From a virus: DNA of 44,270 nt. The stretch is from the IMG/VR virus record IMGVR_UViG_3300011443_000011, positions 1 to 44,270 of that record. One strand, given 5' to 3'. This document shows, one piece after another, positions 40,535-44,270 of this stretch. The notes below the pieces were generated by a model. The model saw nothing but the letters and a program-made list of their open reading frames with translations. It was not told the DNA's origin and did not search any database. A program made the position numbers and the translations under genes. Within the stretch, counting starts at the first letter, position 1; every line of letters starts with the position of its first letter.

Positions 40535-40942
40535 CTACATCCACTTGTACCATACTAAGCCTGTGAAAACGTTGGGCCGGATGCGGTCACCGTTGTTGTC
40601 CTGGTCAGTGGAGACGACCGTGACGTAGATCCCGGCCTGGTTGTCGAAAGGGATGGTGCCACCCAGACAGAAACAGAGCTGTTTGGCGGCGGATGGCGTG
40701 AAACTCCGCATCTCAGCCTTGTTCGTCGCGGTGAACAACTGGACCTGGGCGATCAGGTCGCCCAAAGGGATCCGGAAATCCTGGGCGCCACCCGTGGTGA
40801 GCTTGCGGACGTAGGTGGCGTAATCCTGAAGGTTGAGCCCTGCCGGATTGAGCGCCGGCAACTCAGTCAATTCCTGGCCGGGACCCTCGGTAGCAGCCAG
40901 GGCGGCCGCGGATCCATTCGCTCGTGTGGCGCGGTTGCTCAT
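40535..40942 (-). CDS. Hypothetical structural protein (135 aa)
   Basis: ATGA overlap with the upstream gene. No motif recognised. Confidence 0.5.
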   Translation of the reverse strand: MSNRATRANGSAAALAATEGPGQELTELPALNPAGLNLQDYATYVRKLTTGGAQDFRIPLGDLIAQVQLFTATNKAEMRSFTPSAAKQLCFCLGGTIPFDNQAGIYVTVVSTDQDNNGDRIRPNVFTGLVWYKWM

Positions 40943-41301
40943 TGGATATAGCTCACGACGACCGCATCTGCGCCGGTTCCAGTCCCGGCAAGATCCTTCA
41001 GGTTGAACTTCGTGCCGGGCGCCGGCGCGTAGGTCACCTTCCCGCCAGGGGTCACGACATCCATGATCTTGGCAACACCTTCCACGTAAGGCCCGATGCC
41101 GACATTGGCCACGTTGTTCGTGGGCACAGCGGTTGGAGAGAGAGCCTTGTAGCCATAAAAGCTCGCCTCGGTGACCCAGAGATCCGTCGCGCTTATCGGG
41201 GTGGTGACTCCAGCCGGCAAGGGGACTGGCCCGAGGGTCTTTGCCACCTTGGCGATGCTCGCCCCGATCAGGTTGGCAGCCGCGAATGAGTTAATGCCCA
41301 T
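40939..41301 (-). CDS. Small beta-rich structural protein, MGINS paralog B (120 aa)
   Basis: MGINSFAAANLIGASIAK... parallels MGINSYTVVNLITSAAAK... in the adjacent gene. The shared C-terminal pattern is PGGKV.Y.P.PGT.F.L. Confidence 0.55.
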   Translation of the reverse strand: MGINSFAAANLIGASIAKVAKTLGPVPLPAGVTTPISATDLWVTEASFYGYKALSPTAVPTNNVANVGIGPYVEGVAKIMDVVTPGGKVTYAPAPGTKFNLKDLAGTGTGADAVVVSYIQ

Positions 41302-41303
41302 AG

Positions 41304-41657
41304 TTATGCCAGGTACTTGAAATAGACCTTGTCCCCGGTGGTCCCGAGGATGGTGAGATTGAAGAGGTCCAACGCGGTGCCGCCTGGCGGCTTGAACACG
41401 ATCTTTCCTCCCGCCGGAAGCGTCTCAAAGAGTCCAGAGCCCGCGGCATCGACCAAACACGCGCCAGCGTTGGCAACCGGGATCGTGTTCATCCCGATGG
41501 ATGAATAGCCGTAAATCTCCACCTGGGTCACCAGGCGCGAGGTGGCGCTCAGGCGCACCGGGGTGCCCGTGGTGAGATTGACCGGGCCCTCGGCCACGTA
41601 CTGCTTGGCCGCGGCGGACGTGATCAAATTGACTACGGTATAAGAATTGATTCCCAT
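41304..41657 (-). CDS. Small beta-rich structural protein, MGINS paralog A (117 aa)
   Basis: Tandem paralog of 40939..41301. It is preceded by a heptamer array. Confidence 0.55.
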   Translation of the reverse strand: MGINSYTVVNLITSAAAKQYVAEGPVNLTTGTPVRLSATSRLVTQVEIYGYSSIGMNTIPVANAGACLVDAAGSGLFETLPAGGKIVFKPPGGTALDLFNLTILGTTGDKVYFKYLA

Positions 41658-41665
41658 TTCGGAGC

Positions 41666-41709
41666 AGGTGGCAGGTGGTAGGTGTCGGGTTTCAGGGGGG
41701 CTGGCACCT
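41666..41709. repeat. Tandem heptamer array (AGGTGNN type) with a short inverted tail
   Basis: AGGTGGC AGGTGGT AGGTGTC GGGTTTC AGGGGGG followed by CTGGCACCT. It lies between stop 41709 and ATG 41657. Confidence 0.85.
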
Positions 41710-42746
41710 CATCTTGTCGCCATGGTCCAGGGTTCCTGCTGGCGTTGTTGCCGTTCTATCTGGTCGAATTCAAGTTGCAGGTGCACGAATGCCTTGGAGT
41801 TCGCCGCCAGTGCTTTGTCGTTCTGGCCATCGAGTTCGAGCCAATCCCCGTGTGTTGCCCAACCGAGGTAATTGCCGAAAATGCTGGGGATCTCGATTCG
41901 GCGCCATTTGGTCGGATCCACGGCTGGCGATTCGGCTTCCCCCGCGAACTCGATGCAGTCGTAGAAATCGCCGGTGCCCGCATTGTCCGGCCAGGTGAAA
42001 TAGACCTGATCGCCCACCTCGTAGGTTGCCTCCGCATCCCACGGATCGCCCTCGAGGACCGGGCAAACCATCCGGTACCGGAACCAGGCGCTGCCCGGAT
42101 CGCCCTCGACCCGCACCGCATCATCGACGAGCAGGAATTCCAGCCGGTATTGGTTCAGCTCCGGCGATCGCACCGAGGCGAGCCCGAGAACCTCCGCCAT
42201 CGGCTTCTGGAAACCATCGTCCAGGGGAAAGGCCGGATCCCATGCTGGCAGCGGGTAGAAGGACTGCTCTGAGTTGATATCGCCATAGAAAGCGCCATCG
42301 ACCTTGCAGTAGTAGATGATACCGTCCTCGGCATTTACCACCCGATCGCCCACCTGGTATTGGGTGACAGGATCGTTAGTTGCAGCGACGGGGTAGGTGC
42401 CCAGTGGCGCCCATTGAAATGGGTTGTCCTTGGGCTCATCATCGCCTGGATCCACCGCAGCCACGCAGACGTAACAGCGGTCGCTCACGTGGTCATAGAC
42501 CTGAGCGCCGGGCTCGTAGTCGGCGGCATAATCAAAGCGATCTTTCAGCCGGGCGCGCCGGTCCAGGACTACCAGTGTCGGCCAGGGGAACATCCGCCAG
42601 GCTGTCTCGAGCCGATCCGACATGATCGAGCGAACCATCCGGAAATCACTGATCGAGAGGGAATCCTCCCCAGCCCGATGCGACCACGGCTGCCCGTGAT
42701 ACGAGCAAGCGCTGCGGAAAATCCGGCTGGCGGGGATGCTTCGCAT
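41709..42746 (-). CDS. Structural protein with three CBM5/12-like Y-x-x-G-D-x-V...Y-x-C...P...W repeats (345 aa)
   Basis: The three repeats are YEPGAQVYDHVSDRCYVCVA...PFQW, YQVGDRVVNAEDGIIYYCKV...PLPAW and YEVGDQVYFTWPDNAGTGDFYDCIE...PTKW. Confidence 0.5.
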   Translation of the reverse strand: MRSIPASRIFRSACSYHGQPWSHRAGEDSLSISDFRMVRSIMSDRLETAWRMFPWPTLVVLDRRARLKDRFDYAADYEPGAQVYDHVSDRCYVCVAAVDPGDDEPKDNPFQWAPLGTYPVAATNDPVTQYQVGDRVVNAEDGIIYYCKVDGAFYGDINSEQSFYPLPAWDPAFPLDDGFQKPMAEVLGLASVRSPELNQYRLEFLLVDDAVRVEGDPGSAWFRYRMVCPVLEGDPWDAEATYEVGDQVYFTWPDNAGTGDFYDCIEFAGEAESPAVDPTKWRRIEIPSIFGNYLGWATHGDWLELDGQNDKALAANSKAFVHLQLEFDQIERQQRQQEPWTMATR

Positions 42747-42747
42747 C

Positions 42748-42848
42748 AGGTGTTAGGTGTTAGGTGTCGGGTGTCAGGGGAACACAGGGAGGAGGGTGGG
42801 CCTTCCGGCCTTACCTGACACCCGACACCTGACACCTGACACCTGGTT
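42748..42848. repeat. Heptamer-array hairpin (best example)
   Basis: Left arm: AGGTGTT AGGTGTT AGGTGTC GGGTGTC AGGGGAA. Right arm: CCTGACA CCCGACA CCTGACA CCTGACA CCTGGTT. The stem pairs 42748..42778 with 42814..42844 (31 bp: 29 WC, 2 G:T) with a 35-nt loop. The stop at 42847..42849 and ATG 42746 flank the stem base. Confidence 0.95.
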
Positions 42849-43161
42849 ATTTCCACGGTTGCACCTCGGGGTTATCTTTCACGAACCGCTTCCAATTACC
42901 CTTGTCCTTGAAGAAATGCGGATCGGTCTGGAGCCACCGAAAATAAGTCCGCGCATCAATGATCCCAGTGAGCGTAAGCTCCCCCATCTGACGGTTCGCG
43001 ACATTCCGATACGGCGCAGCAGCAGCCACCATGCGGCGTTTGGTGTCCGCACGTTCGCGCGCGATCTTGCGCTGAAGCCACGAGCCAAATCGAAGTTCAT
43101 TCTCAATCGTCCGGCGGCCCGAACCGCTCAGCCCGCCAAACTTTGGTACGATGATTTGCAC
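42847..43161 (-). CDS. Hypothetical protein (104 aa)
   Basis: ATG at 43161. The composition looks coding. No motif recognised. Confidence 0.5.
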   Translation of the reverse strand: MQIIVPKFGGLSGSGRRTIENELRFGSWLQRKIARERADTKRRMVAAAAPYRNVANRQMGELTLTGIIDARTYFRWLQTDPHFFKDKGNWKRFVKDNPEVQPWK

Positions 43162-43174
43162 CCCTGCGGGAATT

Positions 43175-43215
43175 CGGGAGGGACCGGAGCAAAACCACTA
43201 AACCGATCCCTCCCG
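43175..43215. repeat. Simple intergenic hairpin (9-bp perfect stem)
   Basis: CGGGAGGGA (43175..43183) pairs with TCCCTCCCG (43207..43215) around a 23-nt loop. No U tract on either strand. Confidence 0.7.
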
Positions 43216-43233
43216 TGTACCGATATGCGCGGT

Positions 43234-43704
43234 TTATCCTTGGACTTTCGCTAGATCCGCTGCGCGAATGACATTCACGAAGACCAGGATCTCGCCGGCC
43301 GTCGCCAGGCTTAGATTTCCGGTCGAACCAATGGTGATCGTGAGAAACTTCGCTGTGCCGTCCGAAACGAACGGGCCTCCGCCAGTGGCAGCCGGGCCGA
43401 TTGCCCCAAGGCTGCGGCCGGTGACCGGTGTGCCGCTCGCCACGAGCGCGTCAGCCGTTCCAGTGACACCCACCGAGATCGTTGGGGCGCTGAGCCCGGC
43501 GCCTGCTGGAGCCGTCTTGGTATAAACATGGGCGAGCGGATACGCCACCGTATCACCCGCCAGCAACGTCAGCGGTTGAAGCGTGGCCGTAGCTGCGGCG
43601 ACGTTGAAGTCGTTCTCAGCCGGCACCGATGAATAGCCAACGCGAATGCAATGCGAGAACCCGGTCTGGGCTCGCTCGCTTTCTGTAAGTGCAGATATTC
43701 TCAT
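43234..43704 (-). CDS. Small beta-rich protein downstream of capsid (156 aa), possible decoration protein
   Basis: It sits right after the capsid gene. It is Gly/Ala/Thr-rich, and its C-terminal pattern FLTITIGSTGNLSLATAGEILVFVNV resembles the MGINS paralogs. Confidence 0.45.
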   Translation of the reverse strand: MRISALTESERAQTGFSHCIRVGYSSVPAENDFNVAAATATLQPLTLLAGDTVAYPLAHVYTKTAPAGAGLSAPTISVGVTGTADALVASGTPVTGRSLGAIGPAATGGGPFVSDGTAKFLTITIGSTGNLSLATAGEILVFVNVIRAADLAKVQG

Positions 43705-43714
43705 ATATTTGAAT

Positions 43715-43742
43715 AGGTTTCAGGTTCCGGGTGTCAGGTGAT
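43715..43742. repeat. Tandem heptamer array, unpaired
   Basis: AGGTTTC AGGTTCC GGGTGTC AGGTGAT. It contains the capsid stop (43734..43736) and lies 10 nt from ATG 43704. Confidence 0.85.
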
Positions 43743-44270
43743 CTTACCCAAACCACGCGGATTAAGTACCCGCAACTGGAGGATGCCCTTGGTGTAACCG
43801 CGCGGGCCGCCACCCTGGTCCGGCAATTCCATCGCGTGGAGCTTGTCCATATACGCCAGTTCGCAGAGTTCCGTGTTGAGAATCAGGCCGGCATTCTGGC
43901 TGATGGTCCCGGCGACCGGATTCATGAAGGTATCCGGCACGAAATTGATATCGCCGAACGTGCTCTCGAATCGCTTCACATGCAGGGTGATGACATGGCT
44001 CGAGGCGTCTTCGGTGACGGTGAAGCGGTTGCGGGTCGAATCCGCCGCGCCTGAGAGCCGGGTGAAGTTGTCGACCTGCGCGATCAGGTTCGTCCCGAAC
44101 GCGCCGAGATATTCCTTGGGACCGCCTTGCACCTCGAAGAGCGCTTGCAGGATCGCGTTGAGCTGTTGCTCGGTTGTGCCTGCTCCAGCGGTGCCGATTG
44201 CTCCGACTGGGGTGCGGACTTCTGCCGGCACATCGGGTGGACCTGCGGAATCGATCCAGTCGAAGAATCC
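43734..44270 (-). CDS. Major capsid protein, 3' part (C-terminal region); 44148..44270 duplicates 1..123
   Basis: Same frame as 1..570 through the overlap. The ORF-track entry 43734..44231 starts at an internal Met (MPAEVRTPVG...). Confidence 0.85.
   Translation of the reverse strand, partial: GFFDWIDSAGPPDVPAEVRTPVGAIGTAGAGTTEQQLNAILQALFEVQGGPKEYLGAFGTNLIAQVDNFTRLSGAADSTRNRFTVTEDASSHVITLHVKRFESTFGDINFVPDTFMNPVAGTISQNAGLILNTELCELAYMDKLHAMELPDQGGGPRGYTKGILQLRVLNPRGLGKIT
44148..44270. repeat. Terminal overlap, identical to 1..123
   Basis: See 1..123. Confidence 0.95.

Noticed and set aside
34076-42848. Array hairpins as rho-independent terminators of the late operon
   Set aside because: On the mRNA strand no U tract follows any stem, and the next start codon follows within 1-20 nt. 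On the plus strand only 42845..42855 (GGTTATTTCC) has a weak T-rich tail.
29793-43742. Heptamer arrays as a CRISPR array or CRISPR-like repeats
   Set aside because: The units are 7 nt and directly abutting with no spacers. The arrays are 28-35 nt long and scattered at gene junctions, and no cas genes are present.

Overview
The window is a complete, circularly closed, GC-rich temperate tailed-phage genome. Positions 1..123 are identical to 44148..44270, so the unique length is 44147 bp, and the junction falls inside the major capsid gene.

Layout:
- A long minus-strand block runs 18250 -> 1 and wraps to 44147 -> 21470. In transcription order it holds early/regulatory HTH genes, a replication module (DUF1376-type initiator, DnaC-like loader, DnaB helicase), small accessory genes, TerL, a secreted clan GH-A glycoside hydrolase, portal, scaffold, capsid, small beta-rich structural paralogs, a 13-module giant fibre, a holin-like protein, a lipoprotein, a large 813-aa tail protein, a tail fibre, internal proteins, and a 1683-aa polyvalent protein with ParB-like and HExxH domains.
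- A short plus-strand lysogeny block (18565..21473) holds a RadC-like JAB protein, two small proteins, a tyrosine integrase, an attP region with a tRNA 3' fragment, and a membrane moron.
- I saw no tape-measure, sheath or baseplate genes, so a short-tailed (podovirus-like) virion is inferred.

The most unusual content is not protein-coding:
1. Three sequence families of tandem 7-nt arrays sit exactly at late-gene junctions. Several are paired into 21-33 bp inverted-repeat hairpins that bring the upstream stop codon next to the downstream start codon.
2. 9-bp-periodic GTCNGAC arrays are embedded in frame in four unrelated genes, and use two different reading frames.

Most gene starts lack a Shine-Dalgarno sequence, and 14 junctions are 4-nt ATGA/TTGA stop-start overlaps.

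All functional calls rest on motifs I recognise by eye. No database search was run.
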